NCBI GenBank assembly: GCA_030704615.1
Contig: CM060733.1
Location: 74,276,001 to 74,340,000, forward strand
Reading direction: 5' to 3'
Length of the DNA stretch: 64,000 bases
Source of the DNA: Takakia lepidozioides
Lineage: Eukaryota > Plantae > Bryophyta
Shown here: in pieces, positions 24,470 through 36,585 of the stretch
Numbering within the stretch: the first letter of the stretch is position 1
Layout: the number at the start of each line of letters is the position of its first letter
The notes under the pieces: model-generated
The model's input: the letters and a program-made list of their open reading frames with translations, nothing else
What the model was told of the DNA's origin: nothing
Database searches by the model: none
Made by a program: the position numbers and the translations under genes

Positions 24470-26880
24470 TACCATCTTTGGAGAACTCCCGGAAAAAACA
24501 GTATCTCCAGGTGAGACCTCTCCACTTCCTTATGTATGCCTCCAATGACATTTGGGGAGGGGAAACAATCGCAATGTTCAGGTCCTTCAAAGTCTGATCC
24601 AGCACAATGACGGCGCGCTTTTCGAGCTGCAAATAGTATATTTGTTAGAATTGCAAAAAAGATACACATCACATACTTGAAGAGAAGAAACAGCATGTTC
24701 GAATACACACCTGACTCCAAAATGTAGCCTTGTGGAGCCAGTTATCAAACACCAAATCACTGATTCCTTCCACCTTTGTGCCAGGCTGTATGGTGCTCTT
24801 TGGGAACTGATTCAAGTCCTTTACTGTTTGATCTGAGTTCCATATCTCTAGCCACCTTATTTTTGTTTGTGGGTCGACCATCGATATGGCCAGCCGGTGC
24901 AATTTCTCTTGCTGCATCTCCGGATGCACATGCTTGTCATAGTGTGTTTTGATCTGCTGAAGGAACTCAGGACCAAGTCCAGGATCTACTATTCTAAGCT
25001 GCTTTCCGAAGGCTGACATCAATTTGGTTCTTCGCATCTCAAACTCCTTCTTTATTGCAGCTTCCACACCCTTTGATGTCCTTAGTTCCTCTGGTGTAGT
25101 GCGGTAATATTCGGATTTTCCCTTCTCAGCTGCCTCTGCCAGTTCTTGCTGCATTCATTCAAGTAGTGATTAGCTCCGAAGGGACTACAAACATGTATTC
25201 GAAAAGTAAACAGATTACAGACTCGGGCTTACCGCATACATGTACTCCAGAAACGCCTCTCGTGTCAAAGAATACCAAGTGCCTGCAGCTCTTCATGTTT
25301 CGCACTTCTTGATGATATTGGGTGGTAGTACTGTCCGAAAATCATCCAGCTTCATCAGACCAATCCTCTGAATTCGGAATAGTGTGTGAACCAAACTTGT
25401 TGTCACATGCGATTTCTCTGTCGATCTGCAAAAACATTGGAAACATTGCATTCCTTAACACTGTTTTTTGAGGATTAACAAGACACTACAGAGGGAATGA
25501 AATCTCCTGGATGACTTACTTGTTCACGTCGTGCATAGCTGTAAGAAGCCTAGCGATGTCGTTTCCTGGATCCAAAACCATTGCCTCCACAGCAACATGC
25601 TTGTCTTTGTCTTTCGAATGGTGTTTCTGAATGTATCCCATCCATGCCAGCAATCGGTGGTTCCCGTCCCAGACGTAGAACATGTGGTTGCAGAATTGCT
25701 GGGTGTTCTTTCCCATCATGAGGCCCAGCTCGAACTCCTCATTGGCATCTTTCCAGCACTCATCCCAGTTATCACTGATCTCTGGAGAAACTAATGTGCT
25801 TTTCCCATTTATATCCGTCAGTGACACATAAAAAACTTGTGCACCAAGTCTATATCCATGCACAAAATCACTCTCCAATTTTGTTATGTCATGGGAAAGA
25901 GGTGGACGCACAACAGGCATTGATATCATCCGGCACAGAGGTATGTCCAGACGCCCTCCAGATACGAGCATGTCCCTTATAACCTCCTGAGAGTTTACCT
26001 TCTGGAATGACATGAGTTCTTTCACCTTGTCAAGGTAGTGCACTTCGGATTCATCTGCTTCATCTGTATTCTCTGAGCTTTTTGCGGACTCGTCCCCATC
26101 TCCAGATCCTTTCCCCTCTGATCCTGTAGGCTTCGACCTCACAGTTTTCTGCACGATGCCATTCAGTTCTGACTAAGTGATTTGCAAATAGTGAATGGCG
26201 GTAACGACAATCACTATGTATCAAGGAAACTCACCATGAATGGTGTGAAAGAATTCAGCACAATCTACACATGCAAAGCCGAGACTGCCGTATTCAAAAC
26301 AAAAGTGAGAGCGATAGCGAACGGCGTTAACGACAATCACAAAAGATAACAACCTGCCGGATCGGTGTTGTGTAATGACATATATGTGCAACTGATTGGC
26401 GGCAACGACATTCAGTGTAGTTTAGGGAGAATAGTAAGTGCAGACTCTCTCTTCAAACACATAGGTACATAAATCTCATGAGGAGAATCGAATGGCGTTA
26501 ACGACGCTCGCAATTCAGTAGTTCCTGCTAAAGAATGGAAGAGGAAGGACTCCTTGAAAGGCAATCAGACAGACTATATGATAAAACTTACTGGCACCTT
26601 CTTAGGTTTTGAAATTTGATCCCCTTCTGCAGCTTTCCTCTTCCCTCTCACATCTGCTGGAGTTTCTGTCTGCGCAAGGGTTTCTTGACCTTCTTCAGGT
26701 TCGGCGTTCCGCGTGCTTCCACCTTCTTCAGTGTCCCTGCGAATCATCTCTGCCTCTGCGCACTCTTATCGCCGACTGTGTCGCAGCCGCTGCCTCAGTC
26801 TCCGTCTACTCTTGTGAATCAGTCTCCGCGTTCACCTGCTGCCTTGGCCCTGTGTTCTCCAACAAACGACGCCTCGTCAT
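24470..26880 (-). pseudogene. 5' part of multi-exon cargo gene with ParB/Sulfiredoxin-like domain
   Basis: Exons at ~26880-26592, ~26168-25520 (IPLCRMISMPVVRP...FYVWDGNHRLLAW), ~25426-25233, ~25186-24712 and ~24628-24472, bounded by GT-AG. Several stops; truncated. Confidence 0.75.
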
Positions 26881-27734
26881 TTTCTCTCTTGCTCTGCGTC
26901 TCTCTCTAAGGGAAGTAAAATAAAGAGACTTTCTTCTCTTTCGTATTCTAGAAGGAACCCTCTCCAGCTTGACTACCACTCTCCCTCCAAGCGCGAAAAG
27001 TAGAAAAACGCAGTGACTCCCGATTTCTTGCGGGATTGCCTGTGTTCTTGCGTGTCTCTAGAAGCATCGGATTCCCTCCCGCGTGACCGTTACACATAGT
27101 CGTTTCCTTATTAGTGCACATGCCAGCAATTGGTGTACAGCTGTTCGTATTCAGTTATGGATGTCTGACGTGTGCCGCCCAAAAAAAACGGCGTGTTCTT
27201 TATTATAACGGGTTCAATATTTAAAAAGAACAGCGAATCCCAGAAATTGATGCGCAGTCTTAAACAAATAAATATAAATGAATGAGAGTTTGATGACAAA
27301 TTTTGGAATATCATACATGGTTATCCTTGTTATCCAAACCCCACATTCGTTTCACATTTGGAACTTTCCAGGTGCGCATGATCATTGGTAGTAGTATATA
27401 GATACATTTACTTAATCTGCAATCCCATTCTCAGATCCTGTGGCATGCTTCCAGGAAGTCGGCTTTGTTATTGGGTTTATTGATGAGGTTCTGATTAACG
27501 GTTTAACAGTTGCCGACACTGCCCCTAGGGATACTCTGACCACTGGGCCCACAAGAAAAGTAATTAAAATGGACGGCTGCATATCTGGAATGAATAACAG
27601 AATATGCACAGTCGTTATCTGAGCTTCCTCCGCCATATTCTCTGCTCATTCTTCAACTGTGTTCTGGAGACAGCAGTAAACCGATTTACACTAGATCTGC
27701 GATAGCAAGGTACAAACATACTCGAGGAAGGAAG

Positions 27735-30700
27735 ATGGCTTCCTCTGAAGCGGAGTTCTTCTCAGACGACAAACCAGTGCCGTTCTCCCAGGAAGTCCTT
27801 GACAATGGATTTGCAATTGTTCTGGAACATGTCTTGGCTACCCGTTTTCAGCTGCAGAATGGCTCCATCTTTTTGGAGAAAGAGGTTTACGATCTGAAAG
27901 GGAAGTTGGTGAAATATTCTTTCCAAAACCGTGATGAGACGGCTCATATCAGCCAGTGGAGAGTGCGTCCTGGTCGATACAGAGTACTTGGAGAGCCTCG
28001 GCGAAAGTCCCTTGGGTCATATGTGACGCCCGGGACTGCTGCTTCGGTCGTTGAAGACAAGAGGGAGGTGGTGGTGAAAAAAGAACAGACTTCCTCTACT
28101 CCAATCGTTGAGCTTTCGGATTCTTCCGATGATGACATAAGTGAAATTCCAAATCCAGTCCTTCCTACTGTGGTTGCAGAAGCTGATGAAGAAGAGATTT
28201 GTAGTGTCATTCCAAAATTGCGGGCGATGGGAGGAATGGCTGGATTCAAAAGTGAGTTGCGGGGAATTGATTGGGAATCTTTGAAGCAGGTGCCTGTGAA
28301 GTTCTTGCCGGAGACTTTTGATGGCGATATCCTATTCGAGCTGCCTCCTCCTCCGCGAGTTGGAGGTGTAACAATCATGATGCATGGAATGGACAAGAAA
28401 CACGACGGGCACCCGTGGTGCAGAACAAAAACATCCAATATTCAGAATGATGACAAGCTTGTTTTCAGGAGGACAGTTTGCAATGGACACCTTAGGTGTG
28501 ATAATTTGAATTGCAGACACTTTCTTCAGTCTGGTGTTCATAATCAAAGCGAATGGGAGGGTCTGGCGGAGAATCCATTTCAGCCTGGGACTGCCCCTCC
28601 ACCGGCAAACACTTTCGTCTGCAAATTCTGCAAACTTGTGCCATCCTGCTTGGCGCTCTGCGGAGCAAGAATGTACTATGTTGTCCACCGTTTGAATACA
28701 ATGACGAGAGCTTGTGTGCATTTTGGATTCCATAACCATCCTGTCTCGAAGGGGGATTACAGGGAGAGTGTTGAGACAGTATCGAGGTTGATCAAACAGC
28801 AGTTCGGGAGAAACCCATCCGCAACAACATCTGCAATTGCTCTTGGCGCAAGCAAGTCCTTCTTGGAAAGCCATATTTTGAGTGAAGGAGATTCTGTGGG
28901 GACTAAACTTGACGGTGCAGCATTGGACCTGGTCATGGATCATTTCTCCACTTTAAGTTCACCTAACATTCGGCATCAGATCAATGCATTGAGAATGGGC
29001 TCTGGGATCAGAGGCTACATAGACAATATTTTGGAATTGAAACGAGTGAGCAAGTACGATTACATCCAGGACAATGTATTCCCAGGTCAAGGTGCCATCA
29101 AAGTTTTTCTTTTCAAAATGTCGACTGTTGGGGAGGGCAGTGGGGTTAGCCTCGTGAAGCGGATGCAGAAGACTGGGGACTTGCAGAACTGTTTTCTTAT
29201 GTTTGATCATGTGAAACGAGTGAAGGATTGGACGACAATGGCTTGTCATGTCTACGATCCAGTGTACCAACGAGTTATGACAATTGCAGTTTGTGACATG
29301 CAATCCGAGGATACGGAATCCCAGAAGCTCATGTGGAATTCCCTGATACGTGTCATGGGCTGCCATGGGCTGCCATCTCCAAATTTCGCAGGTTTCATGG
29401 CGGATAGTGCTCAAGCAAATTTCAATGCTGTTCGTATTGTCTTCGGATCGGGCGACCCAAAAGTGCCTATGCCAGGAAGAGAGCGTACATGTCTATTCCA
29501 TTGGACACAATCTCTGGAAAAACATACAAAGTCGGACATCAAACTAGAGATGCAGACTCAGCACCGTAAATTGTGCAAAGAGTACAAAGATGCTAGAACA
29601 ATGAAGGAGGCGGACACTTTGTTCCAGACAATTCGTGCCTGGTGGTTCTCTTCTGGAGCTGCATCACTTGAGAGTATGAGAGCATTGGAAGATTGGCTGG
29701 CGTTTTGGCACTTCCGGTATAGACAGTGGGGAGCAGCCATGACAATGGTACGAGGCTTCTATTTCATGCTTTATTCATACATTTGCTTTCCATATTTTTG
29801 ACTCATTGCTTTCTTTATGTTGTTTCCTGTGCACTGTTCTGAAGTGTGGTTATCCTCTTTGCAGAACATGTCCATTGAGGAAATGGCGGACATGCCATCT
29901 TGCAATTTGGCAGAAACTGTGCACAATGCATGGTTGCAGCAGTCTGGGAAACGAGGTCGGGATTTGTATGTGGCAACAACAGATGATTTGATACGTGCCT
30001 TGCAACAACAAACCCGATACCGTGATTTCTTACGAGGTGGGGTTGGTGGCAAGGGTCCGGACAAATGGGAGTTGATGTTGCGTGCTGCAAACAGATCTGG
30101 GGATCCAATCAAGATAGCACGGGCGGTGAGCATGTATGCCCAGGGAACGCCACTTGTTTCTAGAGTTCCACATCTTGAAGGGGAGGAGAGATTCGACTCC
30201 TGTAAGAGGAAATTGAACACTCCACCTGGTTCGGATTCAGATTCCCACAGGGCAGACCGTGATAACTTCTCGAAGCCTCGTGTTCCCCTGCATGACAGCT
30301 CCATGTCTGGAACCTCCATTGTGGAGGAACCTCCAACACGACGGCAAGCTCCAGCATCAAACCGTGCCACTGAAATGGTGCAGGAGAGAAACAACCCCCT
30401 TGATGTGCTTGAGTCCGCATGCCCCGACCACGTTTGGCACATAGAACGCACAAGTGTCGGGTCTCGTGTGAAATGTACAGCGATCAGGGCAACTAATTTC
30501 GAGAAGTGCACTTCATCTATATCCAGAGGTGGTGCCCGAACTCCTGCTCTGACTTTCACGGGCTTGATGCGTCCATACGGTCAACCAGAAGCCAAGAACC
30601 ACAAGTTCTGGTTCTGCGCAGATGATTGTGCCAGATGTGTGCATGGAACTGTGCGTCCTTCCGTAGTGATGAAGCCATCTCCTCCAACCGTTTGGCCCGT

Positions 30701-31160
30701 GAAGGTGGGAACACATCTCAGCTTTCAGGAGATTGAAATGCTGGAGGAGGCAGGTTTTTCCCTTGCGAGACAACCCCAACTCCATGCATGTGCAACCGCT
30801 GAACACTTTGGCAAAGTGGAGTCCGCAAGAATGCTCCAAGCTCGTGTCGGAAGCACCACGGAAGTACCCGATCCAGGATATGGTCGGGTATTCACAATCA
30901 TCACTTCCACATCTGCTGTTCATGACAGGACCTACGACATCACGGTTTCCAATTTCCCCAATTGCACATGTCCTGATTTTGTGAATATGCTATCAACCAG
31001 TTTGGGCAAGAGAGGTAAATTCATACCCTGCAAACATTTGTATTTCATATTTTTGAGGAGGATGGTTTGCGATCCCAAACGTGACAACTTCATTCACCAG
31101 GCCACTATGAGTTTCAACGAGGTCGATACTCTTTTGCAGCGGGATACAACACATGGGTAG
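27735..31160 (+). CDS. Intact MULE-like transposase, ~1102 aa after splicing (27735-29747 + 29865-31160)
   Basis: Phase-0 GT-AG intron at 29748-29864. Motifs CNGHLRCDNLNC / CKFC..C...H.G.HNH, MFDH, FMADSAQ, CLFH, NLAETVH and SWIM CTCPDF...CKH; no stops. Confidence 0.9.
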
Positions 31161-31604
31161 CATGAACTATGTAATGTGGTATGTGGATGACTATGATTTG
31201 AAATGTGTAATTCACATCAATTCGTCGGCTGTGCAATGATATGGCCTCCAACTATACGGAGTGAGGTCTGAGTGACAACTTTTAGGTAGTGCACATTTGT
31301 CATTGCACCGTTCGAAGTCTACATGTCTTGCTGTCGCTATGCACTACAATCATCTTTTGAAGATGATCATAACTCTCATTGTTATTTGAGGAGGGAGGAA
31401 GTCTTCTCGTGGCAGCCTTTATAGCGCACACTTTGTGAGGATATTTTGTCGTCTTCGTAATTGTAAAAGTGAAACAAGCATTTGTAATTGCATAATGTTG
31501 GATGCTGCAATTGTAGGCCTCAACGCTCGTCTTGATTCTATTTAGGCAAGATTCCCTGCATTAATTCCACGGTAATAGGACCATCCACGGTTATAGGCGG
31601 CGCA

Positions 31605-31805
31605 TGTTAATGCTGACGTGGCAGTTGACGGACAGTGCCACGTCATCATTTACCGCCACATCAGCATGCTGACATGACGCTCACGCCACGTCAGCGTGTG
31701 TGTAGGCTCACGCCACGTCAGCTGGCGTGAGCGTACGCTCACGCCACGTCACTCCTGCGTGAGCGTACGCTCGCGCGCTCACGTGCAACGCTCACGCCAT
31801 TGCGT
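31605..31805. repeat. Subterminal repeats (GCCACGTCA, GCTCACGCC, GCGTGAGCGTACGCTCACGC hairpins)
   Basis: Multiple direct and inverted copies ~450 bp downstream of the transposase stop. Confidence 0.7.
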
Positions 31806-32504
31806 CGTTGGGTAGAAGCCAAGTGCGAAGAAGAGGGGCTAGGAGAGTAGTCAGAGAAGTGATGTGGTGGTTACCTGTATGTAGTTCAAAATTCGACTGA
31901 CAAAGATGGAGATATTTTGTACCTTGCCGGGTAGATTGTGGTACCGTGGGTGGAGATTAGTGGGTGGTGTTTTGTTGGGGGAGTCCGTCTTGAGCAGCAG
32001 AGAACATTCGGAGGGGGTATGGCTGAATTGGTTGGGAAGAGGGGTGCTGACCAGTGTCAGTAATCCATTTGAGAAAGCAGAATTGCGTATTAGATGGTGA
32101 TATCAGTAGATAACGGGCATAATGGAGATTTTTGTAATAGGGAAGAACAGAGAGATTCAAGGGTGTAGAGGGGGGGGGGGGGGGGGTGAGAGTGCTCCCT
32201 GGGTAAAAGAGAACGCATATGTGTTTGGAGGCGGAGACTAACCTGCACAAATTCCCAGGCCAGTACCTCTGATTGTTGATAGTATCAGCACTTTCTCCAA
32301 GAATGAGGCCTCCATGGGATCTTGGACTCCATCGCTCGAGGGTAGTCCAAACCATCGGTCACTGCCAAAACCTACATGCATGATTTGCGCCTGCCAAGCC
32401 CCATAGCCTCTGGCCATAGCAGGTTCCATTGGGGTTCCACCTGGCTCAATAGTTGGAGGGATTCCCTTATTGGGAAGCTTGTGTCGAACACCACGTTGCT
32501 CCAA

Positions 32505-34512
32505 GATCGAACATAAGAAAACACTTCTCCAGATTGCCACCCTTCTGCATACGCTTCACCAGGCTGACTCCGTTGCCCTCATCTACTGTAGACATTTTGA
32601 AAATGAACACAATCATTTTTGTTTGGTCCAAAATTTTGTAGGGATGTAGTGGTGGGAAGGTAGAAGCCAAAGAACAAGATTGAGCAAAAAATAAAATCGT
32701 TACGTAGCAGAAAAACCCCAATCAAAGACAATATAAACCTATTTATTTGCTTGAAATTCATTTAAACTCAATTTAATTGTAAATTGGTGGAAGGGCGAGG
32801 GCGTGGTTGGGGAAGCAAATGTTTGTTTCTTCTATTGGTTCTTCGCACATATGTTGCACAAATATTCAAGCACATGCAGGCAAAAGATGGGCCTCAACCT
32901 CATCCGTTCAATGGGTGCATTGGCCATTCACCCATGACAAGATTTCTTTTTCACAATGAACAAAATTGGATTACACATGAACGCCTTATTGGCCTATTGA
33001 ATGAATTTCGATTGATCTCATATTACTCTGGGACCTGTCAGATGGTACATTGGACATACTGGCCAAGTCTCGAAGCGAACAAAAATCATTTGGATGGGCC
33101 ATCATCCGTTGGCCCATTGGACGAATTTCCTTTCAGATCCTTGCCCCGGGAAGACGAACTGTCTTGAATGTAATCGAACCTGCTCCTTCGCTTCAATTCC
33201 AAAATGTTGTTCATGTACCCTCAGTTTGCAGAGCCCATTCTCAAAGCATTCACCTGATTCCGAATGTTTGGCGAACTCAAGGTCGAGAAATGGTCCATAA
33301 CAATGTCCAAAGCTGGTATCTCCAGTTTCCTGCCCATAGAATCTGTTGCACTCAGAAAATGGCTTTCCAGGAAGGATTTGCTCGCTCCAAGAGCAATTGC
33401 GGAAGTGGTGGCTGTTGGATTAGTCTCGAACTCCTCTCTTATCAGCCGTGACACTGCCTCAACACTTTCCCTGTAATCCCCCTTGCACACAGGATGGTTG
33501 TGGAAACCAAAATGAACACAGGCTCTAGTCATGGTTTTGAAGCGGTGCACCACATAGTACATTCTTGCACCACACAATGCAAGGCAAGAAGACGCAAGCT
33601 TACAGAACTTGCACAAGTATTGGTGCACAGAGGCGCGACCCCAAGCTTGAATGGATTCTCTGAGATGCCCTCCCATTCGCTCTGGTTCTGAACACCTGAC
33701 AGAGCAAAATGTTTGCATTTCATATTTTCGCATTTGAGGTGCCCATTATGGACTGTTCTCCTGAATATGAGGTTGTCATGGTTTTGAATATTGGAGGTTT
33801 TCGTCCGACACCAGGGGTGCCCATCATGTTTCTTGTCCATTCTTTGCATCAGACTCAAAATACCTCCCACCCGCCCAGGTGGAGGTAGCTCAAATAGGAT
33901 ATTACCATCAAATGTTTCCGGCAGGAACTTCACACGCTCAATATTGAAAGTGCCCTAGTCGATTCCGCTCGACTCACTCTTGAATCCGGCCATTCCTCCT
34001 ATGGCCTTTAGCTTGGGAATGACACTGTAGATCTCTTCCACCTCCGCTTCCAGAACAGGAGGTGGCTGCACCACAGATGGTATTTTGTAGGCGTCCTCCT
34101 ACGACGAGTCGGAGAGCTCCACGACTGGGGTAACGGTTGTTGTCTCTTTTAACCACCACATCTCTTTTGTCTTGGGCCACTGAAGCTGCAGTTCTAGGAG
34201 TGACAAACAAGCCAACAGATTGCCGGCAAGGAGCACTAAGGACCCTATATCTTCCCGGAGGCACTCTCCACTGTTGATATGTGCTGTCTCATTGGGTTTT
34301 TGGAATGTATTTGAGCAACTTTCCGTCGACATCGTACACCTCTCTCTCCAGGAAGAGAGTGCCATTGTCGAGTCAAAATTGTGTTGCGAGAACATGTTCG
34401 TGCACAACAACAAAACCATCATCATCCGCTTCGTACGAAAAAGGCACAGGCTGATTTTCAGAGAAGAACTCTGCATCACAGGAACCCATGGTATGGAAGG
34501 GAAATTCGCCAT
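32505..34512 (-). pseudogene. MULE-like transposase copy 4 (close relative of 27735 copy), heavily frameshifted, with ~500-bp insertion (~32612-33120)
   Basis: KFLPETFDGNILFELPPP, KHDGHPWCRTKTSNIQN, CKFCKL..CLALCGARMYY, FKMSTV...CFLMFD. Confidence 0.88.
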
Positions 34513-35289
34513 TGTCGAGCTTCACAGTGCAGAGTCCCCCAATGTAAGAGTCAAGCGGGATGCTCTACGGCGATGACATTGAAGAGATCACTGCAGATAC
34601 TTACACAACCATTGGTCAGGGAGGAATGCAGTTTCATTGGAAAATGCAACGTCAAGCGGCTGTGCAGTCCTAAGCAACCAATGCATGAACAGTGACAGAT
34701 AAATGAGGAGTAGCGTCTGTCGGCCATGATCTATTTTTGAATTCAAAGTCCACTAAAATTTGTACACCTACCCTTCCCGCTTACAACCCCCCACACCGCT
34801 TGATGAACATTGACGGATCATTCCACCGTAATTTAAATTCTTTGACAGATAGGGTATCCAAAGTCCGGATATAAAGAGTCTTTTTGCCAACTACTTTCAT
34901 TACATCAGCCATCCAGCCACCTGGACAAACACATGTCTAACTTCCACCTTATTTATTTGTCTTAGAGCATTACAGACATGGATGAGAAGTTGTCGTGGAT
35001 GACCTCCGCATGCAAGAATGCAAAGTATTCTCAATGAAGTTTTGCGTAATCATCAACAGTGACGTGTCGTCCATGCAAATGCTCGAACCTCTTCGAGCCA
35101 CGCAGGAGGCTTCCTGACGAAGATGGGGTGGCGGTGCACCACACGGAGTGTCACTTTACCGCACAACCTTCTTTCCTTTCAGCAACACTGGAGTCCATAG
35201 ACAGGGTCACGCCATCCTGAGCTAGAAGAAGGCACCGCAGAACGTTGTACTTCACATCCACAAAATAGAGTTTAAGAGCAAAGGAGAGA

Positions 35290-36585
35290 ATGAAGAAGGG
35301 GCGGCGAGAACTGGAGTTGGGTGAGGACACCAACGAGGGAGAGGAAGAGCAGCTTCAACTCACCCTTTTACGCCAGTTCCCAGAGCACAGTCTAGCGGTG
35401 GTGGAGGAGGACGCGGGCGAGCAACCAAGATTCGGGGGTGCCGACGGCAACGAAGACAGCTGGGCTCGCGACGAGCCACAAACAAAAGAAGAGCGCACAA
35501 TGCAAGAGGAGGGAAGGAATGACGAGCAGGACTCGCTGGGTCATGGGTTTCTTGCACACCAGAAGGATTTGCTCGGAGCGACAATGCCAAACGACCCTGT
35601 GGACAAACCAAACAGACATGAAGCATCATCCAGCGCTGGGAAGAAGAAACCCGAGGTAACTGCATGAACCTTTTCTGGATTTTCTTTCTCCCTTGCATTT
35701 TGTAGAGAGAATGGAATCTGCAAGTGAAGGCACAGTGATCAACCTTGCGTCAATGCGAGGTTGATTTGCCATCACCTGAAGTGTCCTGAACAGCAGTTGG
35801 CAGTGAGAGAGGCTCCGTGGAGAGGGGCTGGAAATGAGAATCCCACGCCTGGAGATCAACCTTGCGTTAATGCGAGGTTGGTTTGCCATCACCTGAAGTG
35901 TCTTGAACAACAACTGGCACAGAGAGAGGCTCTGTGGAGAGGGGCTGGAAATGAGAAGCCTAAACCCGGAGATCAACCTTGCGTTAACGTGAGGTTGATT
36001 TTCAAGAACTTCAAATCCCCTGCATAGCACATGATACCGAGGAAGGCTCCGAGGAGCCCAGCCTGGAATGCGTGGATGAAGGCCCGGAGATCAACCGCTA
36101 ATGCAAGGTTCATTTGTGAGCGCTTGAAATTTCTGGCGCTGTCTATTATTCTTCTTAGTGAGGCATGTTTTCCTATGTGCAGAGAAAACGGAAGAGGAAG
36201 GCTTTGGCCAGAGACGGAGCAGAGGCACGAGATGAAGATGAAGACGAAGAGTTCAAAGAGTACTATGCTGACAAAGCCGAGGCAGTCATTGGGGGGCAGA
36301 AGGTGAACTCTTCCAAGGTCATCATGTCCATGCGGGTTGCTGGGGGAACCCTCCTTATTCCACTGTGCAGAACGATTTCAATGTCCGCCGTCCGACCTGC
36401 ACTGAGGAACGACATCACAAAACTACAGAACGATTTTGTGCATGGCTATGTAATGGGATCTGCTGTGTTCTATATTTCCACAACCGACACGAAGGGAGAA
36501 GAGTGTCTAGTTGACGAGGACAGAGTGCAAAGTTGGGATGCATGCTGGCAGGAAGTGAACAGGGAGTTTGAGGCAGAGAGAGAGA
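35290..36585 (+). pseudogene. Second 5' fragment of the ParB-like cargo gene, divergent from transposase copy 4, cut by a LINE
   Basis: Acidic exon 1 (35290-35655, donor GTAAC). Exon 2 from ~36183 reads IPLCRTISMSAVRPALRNDITKLQNDFVHGY...WDACWQEVNREFE, clearly homologous to 25516-26154. Confidence 0.82.
35737..36115. repeat. 117-bp intronic tandem repeat with ATCAACCTTGCGTTAA(C/T)GCGAGGTTGAT palindrome
   Basis: Units start at 35737, 35854, 35971 and 36089. Confidence 0.85.

Larger units (their letters stand above)
23863..31805. mobile_element. Most complete copy of the MULE-like element: TIR - ParB-like gene (minus) - transposase (plus) - subterminal repeats
   Basis: Begins GAGGTTAGCTATTTCATGAGCATGAGC; divergent gene pair; GCTCACGCC/GCCACGTCA repeats at the right end. 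The right boundary is uncertain and no TSD was found. Confidence 0.65.

Noticed and set aside
25516-26154. Bacterial or plasmid contamination suggested by the ParB and MTase motifs
   Set aside because: Both are split by GT-AG introns and embedded among plant TEs.
31640-31760. G-box/ABRE promoter cluster (GCCACGTCA)
   Set aside because: It lies downstream of the transposase with no gene to drive; better explained as subterminal repeats.
31810-32500. Possible further LINE or transposase fragment
   Set aside because: The composition resembles the Dualen-like ORF but I could not identify any motif.
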